In this document: positions 39,229-48,079 of the stretch, piece by piece
How positions within the stretch are numbered: position 1 is the stretch's first letter
Layout of the letters: every line of letters begins with the position of its first letter
Position numbers and translations under genes: made by a program
DNA from: Leptospira biflexa
GTDB lineage: Bacteria; Spirochaetota; Leptospiria; Turneriellales; DYLW01
Direction: 5' to 3'
DNA: 64,000 bases
Assembly: GCA_020721865.1 (NCBI GenBank)
Contig: DYLW01000006.1
Span: 22,416 to 86,415, forward strand
The notes under the pieces: generated by a model
What the model saw: only the letters and a program-made list of their open reading frames with translations
Told to the model about the DNA's origin: nothing
The model's database searches: none

Positions 39229-40329
39229 TTGCAGCTTCCGGTGATGGATGATTATTCCTCCATAATAACCCGGAATATTCCCCTGATTGATGTCCGGGCT
39301 CCCGTGGAATTTGCCAAAGGTGCGTTCCCCGGAAGTGTCAATTTACCCCTTCTTCTGGATGATGAAAGGAGAGACATCGGAATAGCGTACAAAGACCGGG
39401 GAAAAGAGTACGCCATCGATATGGGTTACCGCTTGATATCCGGGGAGATTAAAGAAAAAAGAGTCCAGGGATGGATAGATTTCATAAAAAAGAATCCAGA
39501 TGCCGTGTTGTACTGTTTCCGGGGTGGCAAGAGATCCCAGATTTCCCAGCAATGGATTCTGGACGCCGGAGGGAATGTACTCCGCCTGGGAAAAGGATAC
39601 AAGGGCTTCCGTGGTTTTCTGCTCCAGTGGCTGGAAAATCCGGAGGGAAAATTTTCTCCGTTAATTCTGGGGGGCAGGACAGGCTCCGGAAAAACATTGT
39701 TTTTACAGAAACGTGCCGAGGCGGTGGATCTGGAAAAACTGGCTCATCACCGGGGGTCCTCCTTTGGTCGGCATATTCATGACCAACCCACCCAGATAAA
39801 CTTTGAAAATGCTCTGGCATTCCGGTTGATCCAATTGGCGGATCAGAAATTTCCCTTCCTGCTATTTGAGGATGAAGGCAGGAATGTGGGCCGATTGTAT
39901 ATTCCTCCCGGGCTTCTGGAATACTTATCCGCTGCTCCCCTCGCTGTTCTGGAAACCCCCATGGAGGAACGCGTGGGTATCATCTTTCAGGAATATGTTA
40001 CGGAAAATCAGCAGCTTTATCGCCAGGAATCCACTGAAAATTATCTGGGTGACTGGTACCAGTCGATGGTGGACAGTCTGGATAGAATCCAGAAAAGACT
40101 GGGTGGAGACCGCCATAGAATGATAAAAACCATCCTCCAGGACGCTTTTCAGTTCCAGCTCCGGACGGGAGATGGGGACAGACACCGGGAATGGATTCGC
40201 CTTCTACTGGAATTTTATTATGATCCCATGTATGATTACCAGTTGTCACGCAAAACAGATAGAATTGTTTTCCGTGGGAATGTGGTAGAGCTGGAGGATT
40301 TTCTTTCCGTATTTTCCTTTGAAAATTAA
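39229..40329 (+). CDS. selU: tRNA 2-selenouridine synthase
   Basis: 366 aa. Rhodanese part IDVRAPVEFAKGAFPGSVNLPLL...LYCFRGGKRSQISQQW and P-loop GGRTGSGKT parallel E. coli YbbB/SelU. The TTG start at 39229 has AAGAGGAAA upstream. Confidence 0.85.
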   Translation: MQLPVMDDYSSIITRNIPLIDVRAPVEFAKGAFPGSVNLPLLLDDERRDIGIAYKDRGKEYAIDMGYRLISGEIKEKRVQGWIDFIKKNPDAVLYCFRGGKRSQISQQWILDAGGNVLRLGKGYKGFRGFLLQWLENPEGKFSPLILGGRTGSGKTLFLQKRAEAVDLEKLAHHRGSSFGRHIHDQPTQINFENALAFRLIQLADQKFPFLLFEDEGRNVGRLYIPPGLLEYLSAAPLAVLETPMEERVGIIFQEYVTENQQLYRQESTENYLGDWYQSMVDSLDRIQKRLGGDRHRMIKTILQDAFQFQLRTGDGDRHREWIRLLLEFYYDPMYDYQLSRKTDRIVFRGNVVELEDFLSVFSFEN

Positions 40330-40480
40330 AGAGGGCTTTTACCTCTATTTATACATAAATACAAGAAAAATTTTATTTTCCGAATGCTAATTATAATCAA
40401 TAAAATTACAGGAGCCTCCCTGCTCATCTTTGCGATCTATGTGGGATGTTCCTATTTTTTTAAACCATAACGGTATAAAA

Positions 40481-40508
40481 GAATAAACCCCTCGCTGGGG
40501 GTTTATTC
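40481..40508. terminator. intrinsic terminator downstream of the HEAT-repeat gene (minus strand); possibly bidirectional
   Basis: GAATAAACCCC-tcgctg-GGGGTTTATTC. On the minus strand it is followed by TTTTAT. Confidence 0.7.
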
Positions 40509-40536
40509 TGGTTAGTGGTTTAATTTTAATGGGCAA

Positions 40537-41235
40537 TTATTCCAAGTCAAAGGAAGCTATCGCACGGTCTGCTTCCTTTTTTACATGATCCGGATACCCG
40601 GATTGCAGGACTTTCATCAAAGGAATAAAGGCTTTCTTTTGCTTGAGCTTCGCGAGGGAAGCAATGCTCACGCTCATTACTCCCACATCACCGTATTTGA
40701 TGATGGGTTCACTCATGCTTTTATTGACCCGCTCTATGAGGGCATCCGCTGCCGGAGATCGGTTGTTCCGGAATTCACCCAATGACTGTGCACAGGCCTG
40801 GATTACCTTGGGATCTGGGTCGTTCAGCAGAGCCTCTTTAATCACCCCGATGGCGGAAGCTCCGTGGTCGGAGTTATCAAAATCGCCCAAGGCCATGCAA
40901 GCGGAGGATCTTACTTTAAAATGGAAATATGGATTCTCATCTTTTTTCAGATTCTGGAGGGCTCCGGAAAGACTTTGGATGAATTTCTGTGCCTGGGGTT
41001 CCGCTTCTTCCCGGTTTTCCCGGTACAGGGTGGCAATCCTCTGGATGGCCCGGATTTTAACGCTGGTGGTAATATCATCTCTTTCTATGAGCTTTAGTAA
41101 TTGGTCAGCATCCTTGAGCCCAACCCGGTTGACGCCTTCGCGAATGGGGTCTTGGGCAACCAATGAAATGCCCAGAATGCCGGCCATGACCAGCACCAGA
41201 ACAAATTCCAGACGTTTCTTCATACTATTTATCAT
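40537..41235 (-). CDS. exported HEAT-repeat protein
   Basis: 232 aa with a signal/anchor helix LEFVLVLVMAGILGISLVA. Repeated helical units carry the ...VR..A..ALG... pattern (VRSSACMALGDF, VIQACAQSLGEF). Confidence 0.75.
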   Translation of the reverse strand: MINSMKKRLEFVLVLVMAGILGISLVAQDPIREGVNRVGLKDADQLLKLIERDDITTSVKIRAIQRIATLYRENREEAEPQAQKFIQSLSGALQNLKKDENPYFHFKVRSSACMALGDFDNSDHGASAIGVIKEALLNDPDPKVIQACAQSLGEFRNNRSPAADALIERVNKSMSEPIIKYGDVGVMSVSIASLAKLKQKKAFIPLMKVLQSGYPDHVKKEADRAIASFDLE

Positions 41236-41773
41236 TTTTCTTATCCTCCAGTTTCAGGGCTTTGTTAATCAAATCGGCCAGTTCATCAAAATAATCCCCC
41301 TTCCGGAGCCGGATTCGGTGGACCTTTTTTCCGGAATTATACTCCTCCAGGGTGAGCTTAATACGGTGTACGGGGCCAGCCATTTTATGGGAGAAAAACA
41401 AGCTGAAAATAATGATCACAACCAGATAAACCCCGCTTATTAACAAGAATGGAAGCCAGTAAATTTCAAAGGCATCATAGATTTTTGGGGTTTTTTTCAT
41501 CTCCAGAAAAAGAGACGCATCCGCAGAATCAGATTCTTTGTATGTCCCATCCGGAGTTTTTTCCAACTGCAGTGAACGGGATTTTCCCGCATCGATGGCA
41601 CTCAGCACTGCCGTATTCCCCGGTAAAAGGTTATATGCGTTTTTATTGATGAACCATAATGACAAAATAATTATGGCTGCGATGATCAGAATGATACTGG
41701 AGAACTTTCCAATGAACTGATTCTGAAAATTTTTGTCAATATAATATCTGGTACGTTTTTTCTTCTCCGACAT
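41225..41773 (-). CDS. two-TM sensor-like protein with HAMP-like cytoplasmic tail
   Basis: 182 aa. The N-terminal RYYIDKNFQNQFIGKF is followed by TM1, a periplasmic loop of about 70 aa, TM2, then SHKMAGPVHRIKLTLEE...LRKGDYFDELADLIN. 11-nt overlap with the HEAT gene. Confidence 0.7.
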   Translation of the reverse strand: MSEKKKRTRYYIDKNFQNQFIGKFSSIILIIAAIIILSLWFINKNAYNLLPGNTAVLSAIDAGKSRSLQLEKTPDGTYKESDSADASLFLEMKKTPKIYDAFEIYWLPFLLISGVYLVVIIIFSLFFSHKMAGPVHRIKLTLEEYNSGKKVHRIRLRKGDYFDELADLINKALKLEDKKNDK

Positions 41774-42021
41774 GATTTCCTCGCTTTTCGTAGATTTGTT
41801 TATGGATGATTATGTATTAAAGAGTAAATTTGCAAGCATTTTTCAGATACCAAAGCACACAAAACAGACCGGACGGGATTCCCCCATCCGGGAAAAGCCC
41901 CTCAATTTTATGGCTTTCCGTTTCCGCAGCGTGCGTTCTTTTTGACAAAATCCGGTATTTATATTGTCAATGAAAAAAAGGAAAATCCTTGCCGGATTGG
42001 AATTTATCGGGATTATGACGT

Positions 42022-42921
42022 ATGCCAAGTCTGATTCTAAATTCCATTACTGCTGATCCTGGAGCAAAAGCCAAAAAAATTTTTTATATCGAAAAAGGGG
42101 AGGGGAAAGAAACCCTTCTTTTTGTTCATGGCTGGTTCCAGAATGCCAGAGACTGCTTTGGTCCCCTCATCGACCGGTATGCCCACCATTACCATGTCTT
42201 TGCTCTGGATTTACCCGGACATGGTTCCAGTTACAAGGAAAAAGGTTTTTCCTATGGGATGTATGAAGCTTACGAGGCTCTGGAATTTCTGTTTTGGAAG
42301 ATTCAAAAAACCCATGCCTCTGTCACTGTGGTGGGGCATTCGTTGGGGGCGTTTTTATCCATGCAGCTTGCTATGAATTATCCCAAGGATATACAGAATG
42401 TGATCCTGATCTCTCCGGTCATTGATTTTGGTAATTTTGATCATGTTTTCCGCCGGCTGGGGAAAATTCCCTTGTGGCTGGGAAACTGGTTTTTGTTCCT
42501 GCGAGCGGTGAGAGGAAAATTCCCGTTTAAAGATCGCACCTATATTTATGACCCGGAAAAAGGCCATCGGATACCGGGGCACTTGCAGTATTATAAAATT
42601 AAAAAAAACAACCATCCTGTCCACGCTGCCCGTGGTTATGTAAACAGTTTTATTGGTTTGTCCATGGAATCTATGATAACAAATTTTCACTCCCCGGTTT
42701 TGTTTATCTATGGTGCGTATGACCAGTTGACTCCATCCGGCTATGGTTCTTCCGTCGCCCAGAAAATGGTGTCTGCGGTTTTCCGGGTGGTGGAGGGAGC
42801 CGGACATAATGTGCACCAAGTCAGGGATGAAGAGGTAAAATCCATCATCGACGATTTTCTGGAGGAACACCGGAAAAAACGCACCGGCTGGGCACGGTTT
42901 TTCCCCTGGCTGCGAAGATAA
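42022..42921 (+). CDS. alpha/beta hydrolase
   Basis: 299 aa. LLFVHGWFQN, the nucleophile elbow VVGHSLGA, and C-terminal GAGHNVH are present. Confidence 0.85.
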   Translation: MPSLILNSITADPGAKAKKIFYIEKGEGKETLLFVHGWFQNARDCFGPLIDRYAHHYHVFALDLPGHGSSYKEKGFSYGMYEAYEALEFLFWKIQKTHASVTVVGHSLGAFLSMQLAMNYPKDIQNVILISPVIDFGNFDHVFRRLGKIPLWLGNWFLFLRAVRGKFPFKDRTYIYDPEKGHRIPGHLQYYKIKKNNHPVHAARGYVNSFIGLSMESMITNFHSPVLFIYGAYDQLTPSGYGSSVAQKMVSAVFRVVEGAGHNVHQVRDEEVKSIIDDFLEEHRKKRTGWARFFPWLRR

Positions 42922-42931
42922 ATCTTTCGGC

Positions 42932-43738
42932 ATGGAATGGCTGTACCAGACGCCCCGGAGTTTTCACCATATTATAGCAGAGACCATCGCCCGGAATGGT
43001 TATCTGGGGGAAGTTTTTCTTCCTCTGGTTTCGTATAATACCGCTCTTTTCCTTGCCCAAAATTTATGGAAGGAGAAATATTCCTTTCTCCAGGAGCGAA
43101 ATGCCCTGCCATTTTTTGCGGCATCGGAAAAGGGATGGGATGGCCGGACAAAGAATTTAAAGACTGTGGCCATTCCGGAAGGAGATGGTGTATCCATAAA
43201 AGGGGAAAAATCTCATGTGATGCCGGCGGAATTCTTGCTGGTTCTGGCACGGGAAAAAAATAAGCCATTTCTGGCTTTGACCGGTAAAGGGAGTATTTCC
43301 TGGGATAATAGAAAGGATCATCCATTTTTTTCCCCGGAAAGCCCGCAATTATACCCATATCTGGGAAATCCGGAGCAAAAAACCGATCTCTCCCACTACG
43401 AAGTCCGCTTGGACTTCCAGGCAGAGAGGCAGAAATTTATCCTGCCGGAACCGGAGAAATACCGGTTTTTTTCTGCCCAAATCCGGGATCGGGAGAGGAT
43501 CAGCTTTTCCGTCGCAGCCTATGGGATGCTCCGCTATCTGGATGCCGGGGAAGCAAGGAAATACGCTGGCGTGGCGGAGAAATTAATGGGAGTGGAAAAC
43601 TTTCCGTTGGCACAGGGTGTACAGGAGGACAGCGATTCTGTTTTCTCCGCTCTTTATGCTCTGGCGGAAAGGATGGCCATCGTTTTACATCCTTTATGGT
43701 ATTTCCCCCAAAAGAAAACCCATCGTCCGGAAATGTAA
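42932..43738 (+). CDS. hypothetical protein
   Basis: 268-aa ORF 10 nt after the hydrolase gene. IPEGDGVSIKGEKSHV vaguely recalls the acyl-CoA dehydrogenase middle domain, but I cannot support a family call. Confidence 0.55.
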   Translation: MEWLYQTPRSFHHIIAETIARNGYLGEVFLPLVSYNTALFLAQNLWKEKYSFLQERNALPFFAASEKGWDGRTKNLKTVAIPEGDGVSIKGEKSHVMPAEFLLVLAREKNKPFLALTGKGSISWDNRKDHPFFSPESPQLYPYLGNPEQKTDLSHYEVRLDFQAERQKFILPEPEKYRFFSAQIRDRERISFSVAAYGMLRYLDAGEARKYAGVAEKLMGVENFPLAQGVQEDSDSVFSALYALAERMAIVLHPLWYFPQKKTHRPEM

Positions 43739-43741
43739 GTA

Positions 43742-43984
43742 CTATTTCTTTTTATCTTCCCTGCCTTTTTCCAGAAAGCGTTTCCATTTCCGCTCGTTGT
43801 GTCCCAGGGATATAAACATCCAGGAAAGGCTCACCCCAAATAATACGGAAAGGGAAATGATATAAAACAGTGGCACTTCGAGGGAAAACAGGAAAAACTG
43901 AAATGGCACAACATGTATGTTTATCAGTATCAGAACTAAGAACCCCAGCAGAAGGATGGCAAGAATGGATGACCGTAATGACAT
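43742..43984 (-). CDS. small two-TM protein, LapA-domain (DUF1049)-like
   Basis: 80 aa with two hydrophobic helices and a basic tail (NERKWKRFLEKGREDKKK). The ATG directly follows the stop of the Zn-ribbon ORF. Confidence 0.65.
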   Translation of the reverse strand: MSLRSSILAILLLGFLVLILINIHVVPFQFFLFSLEVPLFYIISLSVLFGVSLSWMFISLGHNERKWKRFLEKGREDKKK

Positions 43985-44209
43985 TTATATTTGGGTGGTA
44001 TTCTTGCTGCCACACATGGGGCAATACTGGGATTCATTCAGCATTTCATCTTCTTCGTCTTCAAACGTTACCTCCCATCGGTAATCGCAGTCTTCACATG
44101 CATAGCTGACAATGATTTCATGAGAACTCTCATCTTCCTCGTCTTCAAAATCATCCAGATCTTCCAGCTCATCATCGGCTTTCATTGTATATTCATTTTT
44201 TTTATTCAT
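43985..44209 (-). CDS. very acidic zinc-ribbon protein
   Basis: MNKKNEYTMKADDELEDLDDFEDEEDESSHEIIVSYACEDCDYRWEVTFEDEEDEMLNESQYCPMCGSKNTTQI contains CxxC...CxxC. The start is uncertain (the track extends to 44251). Confidence 0.6.
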   Translation of the reverse strand: MNKKNEYTMKADDELEDLDDFEDEEDESSHEIIVSYACEDCDYRWEVTFEDEEDEMLNESQYCPMCGSKNTTQI

Positions 44210-44284
44210 AGCAACCTCGCATAAAAGTGGTATCCCCAAGGGGTCGGACAAGCTTTTTTTCTTAATTTTTGGGTCAAATATTTT

Positions 44285-45526
44285 TTAATCAAGAATATAG
44301 CGTATCCGGTCTATCGTTTTTTCATCTGCTTTTTCAATAACCATCCTTCCGGCATCCATAACTACCATTTCTCCGGGAACAGGGATGTAGCCCAGCTTTT
44401 TTATGATATATCCGGTGATGGTTTCAAATCCGTCTTTCTTTATCCTCATGGAAAAGTATTCATTAAAATCGTCAATGTCCAGATTTCCATCAAGAAAGTA
44501 TATTTTTTTTATATTAATTTCCGGATTTTTTACCCCGGCATCCGGATATTCAGACTGCGTTGCACTTTGGATGTGTTCCCATTCGTTTTTCTGTTCCTCA
44601 TTGACAATTTCCCCCACCAGCTCTTCTGCGACGTCTTCCCGGGTTATAATGCCCAGAATCAGCCCATGCTCATTCACCACAAAAATCATGGGAATTTTTT
44701 CATTTTGCATTTTGAAGAGTACCCGGTCGATGGAGAGACTTTCCGGGACAAAGTGTGCCTTCTCCATAATAGTTCTCATCCGGGTGGATTTTTTCAGGGG
44801 GATAAAATCGGATACGGAAACATAGCCAATGATATTATCCATACGTTCTTCGTAAACGGGATACCGGCTGTAGTGGGCTTCTTCAATAACTTCCATGGCA
44901 TCTTCCACCGTAGCATCCACGGAAAGTGCGTACACATCGGTCATGGGAGTAATAATCTCCTTTGCCCGGGTATTTTCCAGTCTCAGGATATCCCGGGTGA
45001 TGGTCAAACGTTCTTCCCGGAGATTGGAGGCCACATGATAAAAAATATCCTCTTTGTCGATTTTTTTCTCCTGGCGAGGGAAGAAAAAGTACAATGTTTT
45101 ATTCATGATGACCACGAGGGAAGTGGAAAATGGCAGAAATAAATAATAAAAGGTCAGGATTGGATAATAAAAAAAAGTCAGCATCCGGATATCCAGTTTA
45201 CGGAAAAGGCTTTTGGGAAAGACTTCTCCCAGGAAAAAGAAAAATACCAATTGGGAGATAAAAACAATGACCACGATATAAATGGTTTGGTAAGCCTCCA
45301 GCAGGGAGTTAACAGCCAAGGTTGCACCCACAATGGTGATATTGTTCCCAATCAAACAGGTTGCGATTATTTTTTCTTTTTTCCTCAGCAGGGAAGCCAG
45401 CCATGAACGTTGTTTTTTGTTGTCTCCGGATGCAATATTCATGGGCCCCAGTCCCACGATGGCATTTTCCATCCCGGAAAAAAAGGCGGCAAATGCCAGC
45501 ATGATAAAGATTATCCAGACTTCCAT
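44285..45526 (-). CDS. CNNM/CorC-type transporter (DUF21-CBS pair-CorC_HlyC)
   Basis: 413 aa. DUF21 N-terminus AFAAFFSGMENAI, four TM helices, CBS-pair region, and the C-terminal CorC/HlyC transporter-associated domain. Confidence 0.85.
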   Translation of the reverse strand: MEVWIIFIMLAFAAFFSGMENAIVGLGPMNIASGDNKKQRSWLASLLRKKEKIIATCLIGNNITIVGATLAVNSLLEAYQTIYIVVIVFISQLVFFFFLGEVFPKSLFRKLDIRMLTFFYYPILTFYYLFLPFSTSLVVIMNKTLYFFFPRQEKKIDKEDIFYHVASNLREERLTITRDILRLENTRAKEIITPMTDVYALSVDATVEDAMEVIEEAHYSRYPVYEERMDNIIGYVSVSDFIPLKKSTRMRTIMEKAHFVPESLSIDRVLFKMQNEKIPMIFVVNEHGLILGIITREDVAEELVGEIVNEEQKNEWEHIQSATQSEYPDAGVKNPEINIKKIYFLDGNLDIDDFNEYFSMRIKKDGFETITGYIIKKLGYIPVPGEMVVMDAGRMVIEKADEKTIDRIRYILD

Positions 45527-46846
45527 TTATTCCTTCTTAAGCTGATCTTCCGGAATATCATCCATGGCTTGCGGGACATCGGGTTCCCCGGAAGAGAGCA
45601 GAGCCGGTAACCGGACACGGAAGGACATAATCCGGAAGTTTTCTACCCGCATGGAAAAAAATTGGAAGCCATCTAATTCCAGTCGGGTGCTTTTTTGCGG
45701 AAATCCGTCCAGTTTTTCCAGAATGAATCCGGAAAGAGTTTCTGCATCTTTGGCTTCAAAAGAGGAGGAAAAGAATTCGTTGAATGTATTCAAATCCAAA
45801 TCTCCGGAAATTACATAAATATCCCTGGAAATTCTGCGAATTTCTTTATCAATGGTGAGGATGCCGGATTCGCTGTCCTCATCAACCCCCCCCACAATCC
45901 GGGTTAAAATATCCTTGAAGGTTATCAAACCGGAGAATTCCCCGGATTCATCCACCACCGCCGCGACTTCTTTCTTATTGATGATAAATTCCTGCATGGC
46001 GGATTTTAAGGGGAGACTTTCCGGAAAAAATAGGATTTCCTGAGTCTGGCTGCGGAGGGATTTCAGTTTACGATGCAAAACAGCCAGCAAATTCCGAACA
46101 TGCAGAAATCCAATAATATGTCCTTCTTTTTCATGGTACAATAATGCAATCTGGTGTTTGCGTTCGGCAAATTGCCGCCTTGCCTTTCCGGGGGAAATAT
46201 CATGGGGAAGCATAAAAACGGAGGACCTGGGAACCATGGCGTTATAAACGGTATCGTGGTGGAAAATGACGGAACGCATCAGGATTTTTTTTTCTTCCTT
46301 TTCGATGATGCCCATGGCATCTGCGTACTGGATGGATTCCAGTAAATCCTGTTCATCCACTTCTTTCTGGAAATGTTGGAAGCGGGAGACAATCCAGATG
46401 GTGGAACGGTATATGGGCTGGACCAAAAACTGGGCAGAGGAAAACCAGCCCTGAAGAAGGGGGGAAAAAATCTGGAGCCAGAATTCGGAAATTTTCAATG
46501 CCAGAATTTTGGGCATAATCTCACCAAAAATAAGAAGAAAAACCGTGATGATACCCATAGAATATAAAGAGAAATTCTGAATATTCTGGCCGATGGTTTT
46601 TTCCAGAAAGCGGTGTCCAATTTCAGAGATGGCAATGTTTACAGCCAGATTCCCCAGCAGAATTCCGGCCATGGTTTTTTCCGGATTACGCAACCAGGAG
46701 TTGATCCAGTATGCCTTCCTGTTTAATTTTCTTCTTTTCCTGAATTTTTCTTTCTGTCCGGGGTTCAGGGAAAAAATGGCGGTTTCGCTTCCGGAAAAAA
46801 AAGCGGATAAAAAAGTCAGGATCAGTATAAGACCAACGAGTTCCAC
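45527..46846 (-). CDS. CNNM/CorC-type transporter (DUF21-CBS pair-CorC_HlyC), paralog
   Basis: 439 aa. LSAFFSGSETAIFSL is the DUF21 signature, followed by a CBS pair and a CorC_HlyC tail. Its stop abuts the ATG of the downstream paralog. Confidence 0.85.
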   Translation of the reverse strand: MELVGLILILTFLSAFFSGSETAIFSLNPGQKEKFRKRRKLNRKAYWINSWLRNPEKTMAGILLGNLAVNIAISEIGHRFLEKTIGQNIQNFSLYSMGIITVFLLIFGEIMPKILALKISEFWLQIFSPLLQGWFSSAQFLVQPIYRSTIWIVSRFQHFQKEVDEQDLLESIQYADAMGIIEKEEKKILMRSVIFHHDTVYNAMVPRSSVFMLPHDISPGKARRQFAERKHQIALLYHEKEGHIIGFLHVRNLLAVLHRKLKSLRSQTQEILFFPESLPLKSAMQEFIINKKEVAAVVDESGEFSGLITFKDILTRIVGGVDEDSESGILTIDKEIRRISRDIYVISGDLDLNTFNEFFSSSFEAKDAETLSGFILEKLDGFPQKSTRLELDGFQFFSMRVENFRIMSFRVRLPALLSSGEPDVPQAMDDIPEDQLKKE

Positions 46847-46849
46847 TTT

Positions 46850-47377
46850 TTAATGGGAGACCGGTTTCAGGTTTTTTTGCATAAGCCGGGCTTTCGCGGT
46901 GTAATGGGAGGCGTTTTTTTCTATCATTTCTATTTCTTCCGGGGTAATATCCCGGATGATCTTTGCCGGTATTCCCGCCACCAGTTTGCGGGAGGGAACC
47001 CGGAATCCAGGAGGAACCAGGGCTCCGGCTGCCACAAATCCATAGGATTCTACCACCGCCCCGTCCAGAACAATGGCCCCCATGCCAATAAACGCATAAT
47101 CCAGCAGGGTGGCACCGTGGATTACCGCAGAATGCCCCACCGTTACCCCTTTATGGATGTTGACGGGCATGGTTTCTCCCGTCACATGGATGGCCACATT
47201 ATCCTGTATATTGGAATCCTCACCCACGGAAATATAGGTTGTGTCTGCCCGCAGGGTTGCGTTAAACCACGCGGAGCTTCCTTTTGCCATCCGCACATCT
47301 CCAATGATATCTGCGGACGGGGCAATAAAGATATCCGGGTCCATCCGGGGCGTTTTTTCCCACAGAGAATAAATCAT
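46850..47377 (-). CDS. gamma-carbonic-anhydrase-like left-handed beta-helix protein
   Basis: 175 aa with hexapeptide repeats. IAPSADIIGDVRMAKGSSAWFNATLRAD...IGEDSNIQDNVAIHV is typical of the YrdA/PaaY/gamma-CA family. Confidence 0.9.
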   Translation of the reverse strand: MIYSLWEKTPRMDPDIFIAPSADIIGDVRMAKGSSAWFNATLRADTTYISVGEDSNIQDNVAIHVTGETMPVNIHKGVTVGHSAVIHGATLLDYAFIGMGAIVLDGAVVESYGFVAAGALVPPGFRVPSRKLVAGIPAKIIRDITPEEIEMIEKNASHYTAKARLMQKNLKPVSH

Positions 47378-47465
47378 GGACCATAATTACGGAGGATTTC
47401 AGGCGGTACAGAATTTTAGAAACGGATTAAACTTGACCGTGTATCTGACATAATGACCATATACT

Positions 47466-48077
47466 ATGGCTTATGCACCCATTGTGATTGAACAGACCAG
47501 CCGGGGGGAAAGGCAGTACGATATTTTTTCCCGCCTTTTGAAAGACCGGATCATCTTTATTGGTACCGGCATAGACGATTATTACGCAAATATTATTATT
47601 GCCCAGTTGCTCTTCCTGGAATCGGAAGATCCGGACAAGGATATTTATCTCTATATTAACTCTCCGGGGGGATATATTTCCTCCGGAATGGCCATCTATG
47701 ATACCATGCAGTTCGTCAAACCGGATATCCGCACGGTTTGTCTGGGGCAGGCCTCCAATATTGCCGCTCTGCTGCTGGCCGCCGGAACGCCGGGAAAGCG
47801 TTCTGCTCTTCCCAATACCCGTATTATGATGCACCAGCCCATGGGGGGTGCTTCCGGACAGGCCATGGATGTTGAAATTCAGGCCAATGAAATTATCCGG
47901 ATACGGGGAAAAATCAATGAGTTGTATTCCAAACACACCGGACGTCCCATAAAAAAAATAGAGTCAGAGACAGACCGGGATTTCTATATGGACGCTGTGG
48001 AAGCAAAAAAATATGGAATTATTGACACAATAATAGAAAATCGGCAGGGAGATACCGAATCCAGTCCGAAGGAATAA
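47466..48077 (+). CDS. clpP: ATP-dependent Clp protease proteolytic subunit
   Basis: [27 protein letters not shown] is present, with the catalytic Ser context [13 protein letters not shown] and the His context RIMMHQP. Confidence 0.97.
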   Translation: MAYAPIVIEQTSRGERQYDIFSRLLKDRIIFIGTGIDDYYANIIIAQLLFLESEDPDKDIYLYINSPGGYISSGMAIYDTMQFVKPDIRTVCLGQASNIAALLLAAGTPGKRSALPNTRIMMHQPMGGASGQAMDVEIQANEIIRIRGKINELYSKHTGRPIKKIESETDRDFYMDAVEAKKYGIIDTIIENRQGDTESSPKE

Positions 48078-48079
48078 TT

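Noticed and set aside
40643-41443. 266-aa plus-strand ORF opposite the HEAT-repeat and two-TM genes.
   Set aside because: The Ser/Arg/Met-rich low-complexity translation is typical of an antisense frame. The minus-strand genes have signal/TM features, coherent repeats and tight coupling.
41843-42028. 61-aa minus-strand ORF in the 248-nt divergent spacer before the alpha/beta hydrolase gene.
   Set aside because: It has no SD, overlaps the hydrolase start and has an odd composition. The spacer is more simply a divergent promoter region.
46853-47386. 177-aa plus-strand ORF opposite the gamma-CA-like gene, and similar long antisense ORFs at 47427-47936 (clpP), 3877-4695 (mrp), 1637-2434 (MFS), 18285-18980, 19821-20372, 42355-42933, 44567-45142 and 55009-55572.
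   Set aside because: Each lies opposite a gene with clear family motifs or signal peptides. The translations are low-complexity, and they are common antisense open frames at this GC content.
47432-47465. Sigma32-like (CTTGAC...CCATATA) or sigma70-like promoter directly upstream of clpP.
   Set aside because: Spacings to any -10 candidate are wrong for sigma70. The sigma32-like fit would place the TSS downstream of the well-supported clpP ATG.
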